Positions 8,909 through 16,546 of a stretch of 64,000 nt of DNA are shown in pieces. Source of the stretch: Vicinamibacterales bacterium (GTDB lineage: Bacteria > Acidobacteriota > Vicinamibacteria > Vicinamibacterales > Fen-181); contig JBHGBL010000011.1 of NCBI GenBank assembly GCA_041947015.1, positions 59,915 to 123,914 on the forward strand, written 5' to 3'. Within the stretch, counting starts at the first letter, position 1, and each line of letters opens with the position of its first letter. The translations under genes and the position numbers were made by a program. The notes beneath the pieces are model-generated. The model had not been told where the DNA came from and made no database searches. It was given only the letters and a program-made list of their open reading frames with translations.

Positions 8909-10372
8909 ATGGACGAGCGACGCGCCAACCTCGGCGACATGGACGGCGAGGCGTTCCGCCGCCACGGTCATCAGCTGGTGGAGTGGATTGCGGCCTACCT
9001 GGAGAGGGTCGAGCAGTACCCGGTGCTGTCGAAGGTCGGACCCGGAGACGTGAGGCGCTCGCTTCCACCCGAAGCTCCCGTGCAAGGCGAGCCGTTCGAG
9101 TCGATACTCGATGACTTCGAGCGCCTGATCTTGCCGGGTATCACCCACTGGAACCATCCCGGGTTCTTCGCCTACTTCGCCATCACTGCGAGCGGGCCGG
9201 GCATCCTGGCCGAGTTCCTGTCGGCCGCGCTCAATGCGCAGGGGATGCTCTGGCGGACCTCGCCGGCGGTGACCGAGCTCGAAGAGGTGGCCCTCGGCTG
9301 GCTGCGCCGCCTGATCGGCCTGCCGGACACTTTCGGAGGCGTGATATACGACACGGCGTCGATTGCAAGCATGCACGCTCTCGCCGCCGCGCGCGAGCAG
9401 GCGGTTCCGGGTGTACGTGAGCACGGGCTCGCCGGGCGGCCCGAGGTTGGCCACCTCCGCGTCTACTGCTCGGAGCACGCGCACTCGTCGATAGACAAGG
9501 GCGTCATAGCGATCGGGCTCGGGCACTCGGCTCTCAGGAAGATCCCCGCAGACGAGGAGTTCAGGATGCGCCCGGACCTCCTGGAGGCGGCGATTGCCGA
9601 GGACCGCTCGGCCGGCCTCAGGCCGATTGCCGTTGTGGCTACCGTCGGAACGACCTCGACGACGAGCGTGGATCCCGTGCCGGCGATTGCCGCCATATGC
9701 GCGCGCGAGAGGCTGTGGCTCCACGTGGATGGCGCCTACGCAGGCGTCGCGCCGATCATGCCCGAGTTCAGCAGCGTCCTCGCCGGTTGCGAGTTGGCCG
9801 ACTCGGTGGTGGTCAACCCGCACAAGTGGCTCTTCACGCCCTTCGACCTGAGCGCGTTCTTCTGCCGGAGGATGGATGTCCTCGAGGCTGCCTTCTCGCT
9901 GGTCCCGGAGTACTTGCGAACCTCGGACCCTTCGAGCGTTCGAAACCTGATGGACACTGGCGTGCAGCTCGGGCGCCGGTTCCGGGCGCTCAAGCTGTGG
10001 ATGATCCTGCGCTACTTCGGTGCCGAGGGTCTGAGGGTCCGGCTGGCCGAGCACGTCAGGCTGGCGCACTTGTTCGCCGGGTGGGTCGACGAGAGCCCCG
10101 ACTTCGAGCGCCTTGCGCCGTCACCGTTCAGCGTTGTGTGCTTCCGCGCAAAGCCAGCGGGACGCGACTGGACCGAGGCTGAACTGGAGGACCTGAACTC
10201 GCGGCTGCTCGATGCGGTGAATCGGACCGGCGAGGTGTTCATCTCGCACACGAAGCTGAACGGCCGCTTCACGCTCCGCCTGGCTGTGGGCAACATCCGC
10301 ACCGAGGAGAGGCACGTCCGGCGGGCCTGGGAGATCCTCAGAGAAAAGCTGTCGGGCTTACGGGGTCGGTGA
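8909..10372 (+). CDS. PLP-dependent group II (aromatic-L-amino-acid type) decarboxylase
   Basis: NPHKWL PLP-lysine motif, and an N-terminus MDGEAFRRHGHQLVEWIAAYLE typical of DDC-type enzymes. I chose ATG 8909 over the track start 8849 because the extension is only the purine repeat and has poor third-position GC. Confidence 0.9.
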   Translation: MDERRANLGDMDGEAFRRHGHQLVEWIAAYLERVEQYPVLSKVGPGDVRRSLPPEAPVQGEPFESILDDFERLILPGITHWNHPGFFAYFAITASGPGILAEFLSAALNAQGMLWRTSPAVTELEEVALGWLRRLIGLPDTFGGVIYDTASIASMHALAAAREQAVPGVREHGLAGRPEVGHLRVYCSEHAHSSIDKGVIAIGLGHSALRKIPADEEFRMRPDLLEAAIAEDRSAGLRPIAVVATVGTTSTTSVDPVPAIAAICARERLWLHVDGAYAGVAPIMPEFSSVLAGCELADSVVVNPHKWLFTPFDLSAFFCRRMDVLEAAFSLVPEYLRTSDPSSVRNLMDTGVQLGRRFRALKLWMILRYFGAEGLRVRLAEHVRLAHLFAGWVDESPDFERLAPSPFSVVCFRAKPAGRDWTEAELEDLNSRLLDAVNRTGEVFISHTKLNGRFTLRLAVGNIRTEERHVRRAWEILREKLSGLRGR

Positions 10373-10445
10373 CTTGCCGCCGGTATGCAGGTCCTGGCGA
10401 ACGAAATCGCTCGCGGGAAGGCGCGAAGAAGCCTGAAGCCGCCAG

Positions 10446-11459
10446 TTACCGCCGCACCACGATCCCGACGGGCGTCAGCAGCCGTACTGTCAGAATCGTG
10501 CCGGCCGCCAGGTCTACGACCTGCTCGTTTCCCGCCATTACAACCGCGGTGCCGCCTGCCGCGCCGAGCGTGCCGCCAATCACCGCACCCTTCTTGCCGC
10601 CGAGGATCGCTCCGAGCACCGCACCCCCCGCAGCCGCGCCGCCGATTTTCGCGGCGCTCTTCTTCGCGGGTGAAGCACTTTCGCGGTAGACCGTCTCCGT
10701 GTTGATCGACGTGCGTGTGCCGTCTGGGAGCACAACGGTGTGGAACCGGATCCCGATGCGGCCGCGCTCCTTCATCTTGCCGCCGTGCTCGACGAGGGTT
10801 ACCGACCCGATCACCCGCGACCCGGCCGGGATGGCAGCCTCCTCGCCGGCAACAACGTCACGCGTCACCCGCGCCTCGACCACGTCCTCGATCGCAGCAG
10901 TCGCGCTGGAAACCCCTGTGTCCAGCTGCAGGCCAATGACAGACTCCGCCGGGACCACGAGCTCGTCGTATTCGGGCTCCTCCGGAACTGACCGAACCTG
11001 CTCCGATTGAAGGGGCGTGAGGTTGGCCGGCTCCCCCTTGGACTCAGTGCGCACCGCCTCGGGCGGCGCGGCCGCGACACCCGCCTCAGACGATTCTGCT
11101 CCGCCAGCGCGCGGGGCCGGGGTGTTCGCTTCGGCCCCTTCCTCAGTCCCGCGTCTGGAAACCTCGCCGGCCGACCGCTTGCCTGACTTCGAGCGGTTGT
11201 CCGCGGTTCGCTCCGGGGATGCCGTCCGGTCGGACACGGGCCTGAGTATCGGGTCCATGGTCGGCCTCTCCTCGGCCTTGGGGAGAGCCACCGAGGGTGC
11301 TGGTCGGGAGGCCTGCTGCCGGGCACCCTCGGCCGGAGCCGCAGAAACGCCTGCCGTGCCGGGGACCGCGCCGTGCCTGGTAGCCAGGTATCCGCCGCCG
11401 GCGGCGGCAGCCATTGCCGCGAGGATTACTACACCGAACACGAGGGGTCGCCGGTTCAT
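10446..11459 (-). CDS. Membrane-anchored protein with a TrbI/VirB10-like beta domain and a C-terminal glycine zipper
   Basis: ATG 11459 with SD AGGAGA. It has an N-terminal TM segment (LVFGVVILAAMAAAAGGG) and a Pro/Ala/Glu-rich linker. IPAGSRVIGSVT...GRIGIRFHTVVLPDGT resembles the TrbI pattern (from memory). The tail reads GGAAAGGAVLGAILGGKKGAVIGGTLGAAGG. Confidence 0.6.
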   Translation of the reverse strand: MNRRPLVFGVVILAAMAAAAGGGYLATRHGAVPGTAGVSAAPAEGARQQASRPAPSVALPKAEERPTMDPILRPVSDRTASPERTADNRSKSGKRSAGEVSRRGTEEGAEANTPAPRAGGAESSEAGVAAAPPEAVRTESKGEPANLTPLQSEQVRSVPEEPEYDELVVPAESVIGLQLDTGVSSATAAIEDVVEARVTRDVVAGEEAAIPAGSRVIGSVTLVEHGGKMKERGRIGIRFHTVVLPDGTRTSINTETVYRESASPAKKSAAKIGGAAAGGAVLGAILGGKKGAVIGGTLGAAGGTAVVMAGNEQVVDLAAGTILTVRLLTPVGIVVRR

Positions 11460-11600
11460 GTCACTCTCCTGACATACCGGCGCTGAGCAATGGTCGTGCC
11501 TGCGCCACAGGCGTGAGATTGGGCGAAAACAAGCGCAGTTACGTGCCCTTGCGGCGGCGGTTTGGCGGAAGAGCTGGTCTCGTCCGTGGACACCTGTCCT

Positions 11601-11650
11601 GAAGGTCGACCGCCCGTGCGAGGCCAACGCTTCTGCCGGGCTCGACCTTC
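11601..11650 (-). terminator. Hairpin immediately after the ADOP permease stop
   Basis: GAAGGTCGA (11601-11609) pairs with TCGACCTTC (11642-11650), and GCCCG (11612-16) pairs with CGGGC (11637-41). There is no U-tract. Confidence 0.35.
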
Positions 11651-14339
11651 AGCCCAGCCGGAGCGCCTCCGTTGGCTGGATCGACAACGCGCGTCGGACT
11701 GGGACGATGCAGGCGAAGAGTCCGACGAGCGTCATCAGGCCAGAGATTGCCAGCATGGCCGACATGGCGGTCGCCGACACCGTCCCGTCAGCGAACAAAA
11801 GCAAGAGCACGACGAGCAGGTTGCCGGCAAGGATGCCCAGGAAGAGCTCGACCGCGGCCCGCCCGAAGACGGCCGCAAGCACGTTGCGCCTCGTAGCTCC
11901 GAGCGTCAGTCGAATCGCGATCTCCCGAGAACGGCGGGCTACCGCCACCGCCATGAGCGCGAACAGGCCGGCGGCCGACAGCAGCAACGCTATGGCCACG
12001 ACGAGCGTGGCGAGGAACGTCAGCACGATCATTCCCATGAACCGGCGCCATATCACTTCGTCCATCGGCAGGATCCTGTAGATGCGCAGGCCGGGATCGA
12101 CTCGTCGTGCGATGGCGCTCACCACCGGTCCGAGCGCTCCCGGGTTGCCGTTGACGCGGACCGCCACCATGAGAGGGCGTGCCGTTGCAGGCGAGGCGGG
12201 TCGATAGATGAAGTCCGCCTCCCCGCGATCGGTTGGCTCCATGTTCAGGTTGCGCGACACTCCGACGATCTCGTACCAGGGACCCGGCGGCTCGCCCTCG
12301 CGGGCCACGTTGCGCACCCGGACGCCGAGGGGACTTCCGCCCTCCAGGTTGCGCACGAACGACTCGTTGACGATGACCGGCAGGTTCGGGGCGCCCTGAT
12401 CCCCGGGTTGGAATCCCCGGCCGGCCACGATCGAGACGCCAAAAGTGTCGAAAAATCTCTCGTCCACCGAAGCGATTGCCACCATGCCGTCGAGGTTGCC
12501 GCGGTGGATGGCTGGCGGCTCCGACCCCCGCTGTGTCTCGACGATCCGGAGCGGGTGGTTCATTGCGGGAAGGCGGTCGGCGAACGTCACGCCGGTCACC
12601 CCCGGCGATTCGGCCAACCTCCGCTTCACTTCCTCGTACACGGCCGTGAGGCGAGCCTCGTACTCCTCGTCGCTCATCTCGGTTTCTCCCCCGAGTCCGG
12701 CTTCGCGATCGAGCTCCATTCGAAACGTGAGGTAGTCGTCGCCGGGAAACGTCGCACGGGCCTGGTAGTCGCTGAGGGTTTCGCTCGAGATGCCGATGGC
12801 CAGCGGCAAACACAGCACCGTCAACGCGACCTGGGCCACTATGATGGCCGACCACACCCCGCCGAACCTCATCGTGGTCTGGCCGCCGCCCAACTGTTGG
12901 AGGCTGGCGCGCAGGCGGGGGCCGGTCGCTTTGAGCGCAGGCAGTAGCGCGACCAGCACGGCGCCGATCACGGCCAGAACCGCCGCGAACACCACGGTGG
13001 AGGGCTCTATGGAGTCGTTCAGCCAGAAGGCAGGCGGCGCATCGGTGAACCGCACGTCGTACCACCAGACAATCTTGATGGCGGCAGCGGCGAGAGCGAG
13101 GCCTGCCAGCGCTGATGCGCCGGCAAGGACGAACGCCTCGGCCGTGAGCTGTGCTATGACCCTTCCGCGAGTCGCGCCGAGCGCCGTGCGAACGATGATT
13201 TCGGACTCGCGCAGGGCCGTGCGCCCGAAAACGAGCGTCGCTACGTTGGCGCACACGGCGGCGAGGATCGACAGGATTGCGGCGTGGCCGATCAGCACGT
13301 ACAACGCGGGGCTTTCCCCTGGCGCCGGGCCCGCGAACGGCCGCACCCGGGGCTGCAAGCGTCCCCGGCTCGCAGACGCAGGCTCGGCGAGGCCCCTGGC
13401 GCCCACCTCCGCCTGGGCCGATTCGAACGTCGCACCGGGCGCCAGTCGCCCGACGATGTCGAGAGGCTGCGCGTTGGTTGAAGGCGCGCCAGAGAGTCGA
13501 AGCGGCGACCATGCCTCCTGGTTGAAGGGGAAGCCGAACCCCTCGGGCATCACGCCTGCCACAGTCGCTGTTGTACGTCCGACCTGCACAGTGCGCCCCA
13601 CGACGGCCGGGTCGCGGAAGAAGCGCCGCTCCCAGAGGTCGTGACCGATGAGAACGACGTCGGGAGACGCCATCTGTTCATCTTCCGGCAGCAGCGGGCG
13701 CCCGAGTTCGGGGGCCACTCGTGTCAGGGCGAGCGCCGACACGCTCATCTCGGCCATCCGCACCGGCTCGGCGATGCCGTCGGCGGCCACGAGGTTTCGC
13801 TCGAATACGCGGTAGGCGCCCAGCTCGACGATTGTGGTCAGGCTGCCGCGCCACGCCAGGAAGTCGCGAACCGAGGGCCGCTCGGCCGCCAGCCGCGCCG
13901 CGTCCCAGGCCTCGATCCGGACGATGCGCCCGCCGTCATCGAACGGCAGGGTGGGGTAGAACCGCATGCCCGCAATCTCGAACCACGCCGTGCCGATCGC
14001 GATCGCGATTGCCAGCGCGAGGCCGCTGACGGCCGATACGAACGGGTACTTGGCGAGCATCCGGGCGCCCAGCTTGACATCGAGCCAGGAGAACCGCAGC
14101 GCGTCGACGTGCCACAATCCGCGCGGCGCGCGCGCTTCTTCCGCGTAGCGCGCGGCGCTGCCGAATTCGAGCCGTGCCTGGCGGAGCGCTTCTTCTCGCG
14201 AGAGACCCGAGCGGGCGAGATCGTCGGCGCGCATCTCGACGTGCTGCCGGAGCTCCTCGCGCATCTCGGTTTCGACCTGGTCGTGGTGCCGGAAACCGCG
14301 CCAGAGGACCCGCAGTCGCGCAATCAATCCGGTGAACAT
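11649..14339 (-). CDS. ADOP-type duplicated FtsX/MacB-like ABC permease (orphan; no ATPase gene nearby)
   Basis: N-terminus MFTGLIARLRVLWRGFRHHDQVETEMREELRQHVEMRADDL. It has two FtsX-like 4-TM blocks with large extracytoplasmic domains. The start ATG 14339 shares one nt with the PadR stop. Confidence 0.9.
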   Translation of the reverse strand: MFTGLIARLRVLWRGFRHHDQVETEMREELRQHVEMRADDLARSGLSREEALRQARLEFGSAARYAEEARAPRGLWHVDALRFSWLDVKLGARMLAKYPFVSAVSGLALAIAIAIGTAWFEIAGMRFYPTLPFDDGGRIVRIEAWDAARLAAERPSVRDFLAWRGSLTTIVELGAYRVFERNLVAADGIAEPVRMAEMSVSALALTRVAPELGRPLLPEDEQMASPDVVLIGHDLWERRFFRDPAVVGRTVQVGRTTATVAGVMPEGFGFPFNQEAWSPLRLSGAPSTNAQPLDIVGRLAPGATFESAQAEVGARGLAEPASASRGRLQPRVRPFAGPAPGESPALYVLIGHAAILSILAAVCANVATLVFGRTALRESEIIVRTALGATRGRVIAQLTAEAFVLAGASALAGLALAAAAIKIVWWYDVRFTDAPPAFWLNDSIEPSTVVFAAVLAVIGAVLVALLPALKATGPRLRASLQQLGGGQTTMRFGGVWSAIIVAQVALTVLCLPLAIGISSETLSDYQARATFPGDDYLTFRMELDREAGLGGETEMSDEEYEARLTAVYEEVKRRLAESPGVTGVTFADRLPAMNHPLRIVETQRGSEPPAIHRGNLDGMVAIASVDERFFDTFGVSIVAGRGFQPGDQGAPNLPVIVNESFVRNLEGGSPLGVRVRNVAREGEPPGPWYEIVGVSRNLNMEPTDRGEADFIYRPASPATARPLMVAVRVNGNPGALGPVVSAIARRVDPGLRIYRILPMDEVIWRRFMGMIVLTFLATLVVAIALLLSAAGLFALMAVAVARRSREIAIRLTLGATRRNVLAAVFGRAAVELFLGILAGNLLVVLLLLFADGTVSATAMSAMLAISGLMTLVGLFACIVPVRRALSIQPTEALRLG

Positions 14340-14680
14340 CACATCTCCTGGGGCCGGGCCGCGAGCGACCGGCCTATCGCCTCGGCAAGCCGCTTCCAGC
14401 CTGCCGTCTCCTCGTCCAGCCTCCGCCGCCCGGCGGCGGTGAGGCGGTAGTACTTTGCGCGGCGGTTGTTCTCGGAGGTCCCCCACTCACCGGCGATCAA
14501 CCCCTGCCGCTCGAGGCGGTAGAGCGCTGGATAGAGAGCGCCCTGCTGGATCTGAAGAGCGCCGCCGGATATCTGCTGGATGCGAAGAAGCACCCCGTAG
14601 CCATGCAGCCGGCCCAGCGAAACGGCGTTGAGGATGAGGAGATCGAGCGTCCCGGGGAGGAGCTCGGCGTGGACTGCCAT
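14339..14680 (-). CDS. PadR family transcriptional regulator
   Basis: LHGYGVLLRIQQISGGALQIQQGALYPALYRLERQGLIAGEWGTSENNRRAKYYRLT winged-helix signature. Confidence 0.9.
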   Translation of the reverse strand: MAVHAELLPGTLDLLILNAVSLGRLHGYGVLLRIQQISGGALQIQQGALYPALYRLERQGLIAGEWGTSENNRRAKYYRLTAAGRRRLDEETAGWKRLAEAIGRSLAARPQEM

Positions 14681-14685
14681 CGGCT

Positions 14686-14704
14686 CTCCTATATAGGCTA
14701 GGAG
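14686..14704. promoter_or_regulatory. Palindromic element in the PadR / methyltransferase divergent region
   Basis: CTCCTA (14686-91) and TAGGAG (14699-704) are inverted repeats. They overlap the perfect 10-bp palindrome CCTATATAGG (14688-97). The element covers the PadR SD (AGGAGA on the minus strand). Confidence 0.3.
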
Positions 14705-14776
14705 TATCTCGGAACTCTCCTAAGCTGTCAAGGAGACGTTGCAAAACCGCACTCCAGTGCCGCAGAATACCCGCCA

Positions 14777-15514
14777 GTGAAGCTCCTCGACCACTTCACC
14801 CGATCCGGGGACCTGTTCTTTCGTTGGCGAAGCTACCTCCCGCTGCTGTTGTTGCCGGCGTTCTTCCTCGCGGCGGCCGCCCCGCCGGAGGACTGGAGCA
14901 AGACCGCGGAGACGGCCTGGGAGCTTGCGTGCTTCGGCATCGCCCTTGGCGGCCTGGCAATCCGCGCCTGGACGGTCGGGACCGCGCCGGCCGGAACCTC
15001 GGAGCGGAGCACGCGCGAGGCGCGCGCGGCCTCGCTGAACACGACGGGCCCTTACTCGGTGGTCCGCCACCCTCTCTACCTCGGCAGTTCGGTTGTGGCT
15101 TTCGGGCTGTCGCTGTTCCCGGCCGAATGGTATCTGCCGGTGATAGTCATGATGGCCGGGCTCCTCTACCACGAGCGGATTGCGGCGCGCGAGGAGGCGT
15201 TTCTCGAAGAGCGGTTCGGAGACGAGTTCCGCTCGTGGGCGGAGCGCGTCCCCGCGATGGTGCCCGCGATCGGGCGCTACCGCGCGCCCGGCATGAAGTT
15301 CATGTGGGGGAACGTCATCGGACGGGAGTTCCACGGGCTGTCCGCCGCAGGCGCTGGCTTCTTCGCCCTCGACACGGTGCAGGAATCGTCTCGGTCCGGC
15401 AGCTTCGCCGTGAGCCGGCTCTGGGCCATGGTGTTTGCGGTCACTGCGGGGCTGTTCGTCCTGATGGTCGTCCTGAAGCGCGTCTTCGGCTTCTTCCGGA
15501 CCAGGACGGTCTGA
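14777..15514 (+). CDS. ICMT/PEMT-family membrane methyltransferase
   Basis: GPYSVVRHPLYLGS motif, polytopic hydrophobic profile, GTG start. Confidence 0.8.
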   Translation: MKLLDHFTRSGDLFFRWRSYLPLLLLPAFFLAAAAPPEDWSKTAETAWELACFGIALGGLAIRAWTVGTAPAGTSERSTREARAASLNTTGPYSVVRHPLYLGSSVVAFGLSLFPAEWYLPVIVMMAGLLYHERIAAREEAFLEERFGDEFRSWAERVPAMVPAIGRYRAPGMKFMWGNVIGREFHGLSAAGAGFFALDTVQESSRSGSFAVSRLWAMVFAVTAGLFVLMVVLKRVFGFFRTRTV

Positions 15515-15569
15515 ACGCGCGGGCTTTCGACACCAACCCGCTCTCCGTCGCTGCTGTCCGCGCAACAGT

Positions 15570-16118
15570 TCAACGTTGGCCGCGTTCGGCCGGTGCTGAG
15601 GCGGGCTCCGGCACGGCAGGGCCAGGCTGGGCCTCGCGTTTCCGGGGGGCGCGGGATGGCTGCGGGCGAGGGGTCGAGCGCCGGCGGTGCACGCGCGCCT
15701 TGATCTCTCGCAGCCGACCCTCGCTGCCTATGACGAGCAGCGGCTGGTCAGGCGCCCGGAGGTTGTAGAACTCGCCTTTCTCGGTGCGCACGAAGACCTC
15801 GCTGCCGTCGGTGAGGAGCTGGAGCGGGCCGTCGCCGATGGCGTCGAAAAGCCGCACGCGGAAGCGCTCGCGCAGGGTCTCCACGAGCTGGCGTATACGG
15901 CCCACGGTGAAGCCGCGCCTTCGAAGGTCCGCCATCACGAGAAGCTCGTACAACTCGATCGGCGAGTAGCGCCGCTCGGTGTAGCCGCCCGCCTCGGTCC
16001 GCCTCGAGGCGATCGACGACGGCGCGACGCGGCGCGCATCCCACCACCGGAGCTGCCTTGCCGTGAGGCCGGTCAGGGCCGTCACTTCACGGGCGCTGTA
16101 GTGCTTCTTCAGGCGCAT
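15570..16118 (-). CDS. MerR family transcriptional regulator with an atypical basic, Pro-rich C-terminus
   Basis: YSAREVTALTGLTARQLRWWDARRV helix-turn-helix. ATG 16118 overlaps the PCD stop by 10 nt. Confidence 0.8.
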   Translation of the reverse strand: MRLKKHYSAREVTALTGLTARQLRWWDARRVAPSSIASRRTEAGGYTERRYSPIELYELLVMADLRRRGFTVGRIRQLVETLRERFRVRLFDAIGDGPLQLLTDGSEVFVRTEKGEFYNLRAPDQPLLVIGSEGRLREIKARVHRRRSTPRPQPSRAPRKREAQPGPAVPEPASAPAERGQR

Positions 16119-16387
16119 CTGTCCGCCGCTCGCGCGCCCTCGAAGTCCTTCTCGGTCACGCCACCCTCGGTGTGTGTCCAGTAGGAGAGCGTCACCCGCC
16201 TGTAGCGAATGTCGATGTCCGGGTGATGGTCCGAGGCTTCGGCGGTGTCCGCGACGCGATGGACGAAGGATATCGCCTCGGGGAACGAAGAGAACGTGAA
16301 CGTCTTCGTGATGGCGTCGCCCTGCCGGCGCCACCCCTCGAGCGATCGAAGCCGCGACTCGATGGCCTCCTCGGACAGCTTGGGCAT
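16109..16387 (-). CDS. 4a-hydroxytetrahydrobiopterin dehydratase (PCD/DCoH family)
   Basis: EGWRRQGDAITKTFTF...HHPDIDIRYRRVTLSYWTH signature. SD GAGGAGG. Confidence 0.9.
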   Translation of the reverse strand: MPKLSEEAIESRLRSLEGWRRQGDAITKTFTFSSFPEAISFVHRVADTAEASDHHPDIDIRYRRVTLSYWTHTEGGVTEKDFEGARAADRCA

Positions 16388-16432
16388 TGCCGGCCTCCTC
16401 GGCAGGTCGTTCTTCTCCAGGTTTCTCGGCCC

Positions 16433-16438
16433 ATTATA
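16433..16438 (-). promoter_or_regulatory. Candidate -10 box (TATAAT) for the PCD-MerR operon
   Basis: A perfect TATAAT on the minus strand, 45 nt upstream of ATG 16387. The -35 is weak. Confidence 0.3.
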
Positions 16439-16511
16439 GAAGGTTCGCGCGCCTTCGCACCCCCGCGGGAGGCCACTCCAGCGGAAGAGGACCGCTCCGG
16501 GGCTGGTTTTG

Positions 16512-16520
16512 TGTTATAAC
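16512..16520 (+). promoter_or_regulatory. Candidate extended -10 (TGTTATAAC) for the M14 peptidase gene
   Basis: TG-n-TATAAC lies 27 nt upstream of ATG 16547, followed by SD AGGAGGGG. There is no convincing -35. Confidence 0.35.
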
Positions 16521-16546
16521 GCGCCGGTCCAGCACAGGAGGGGAAC

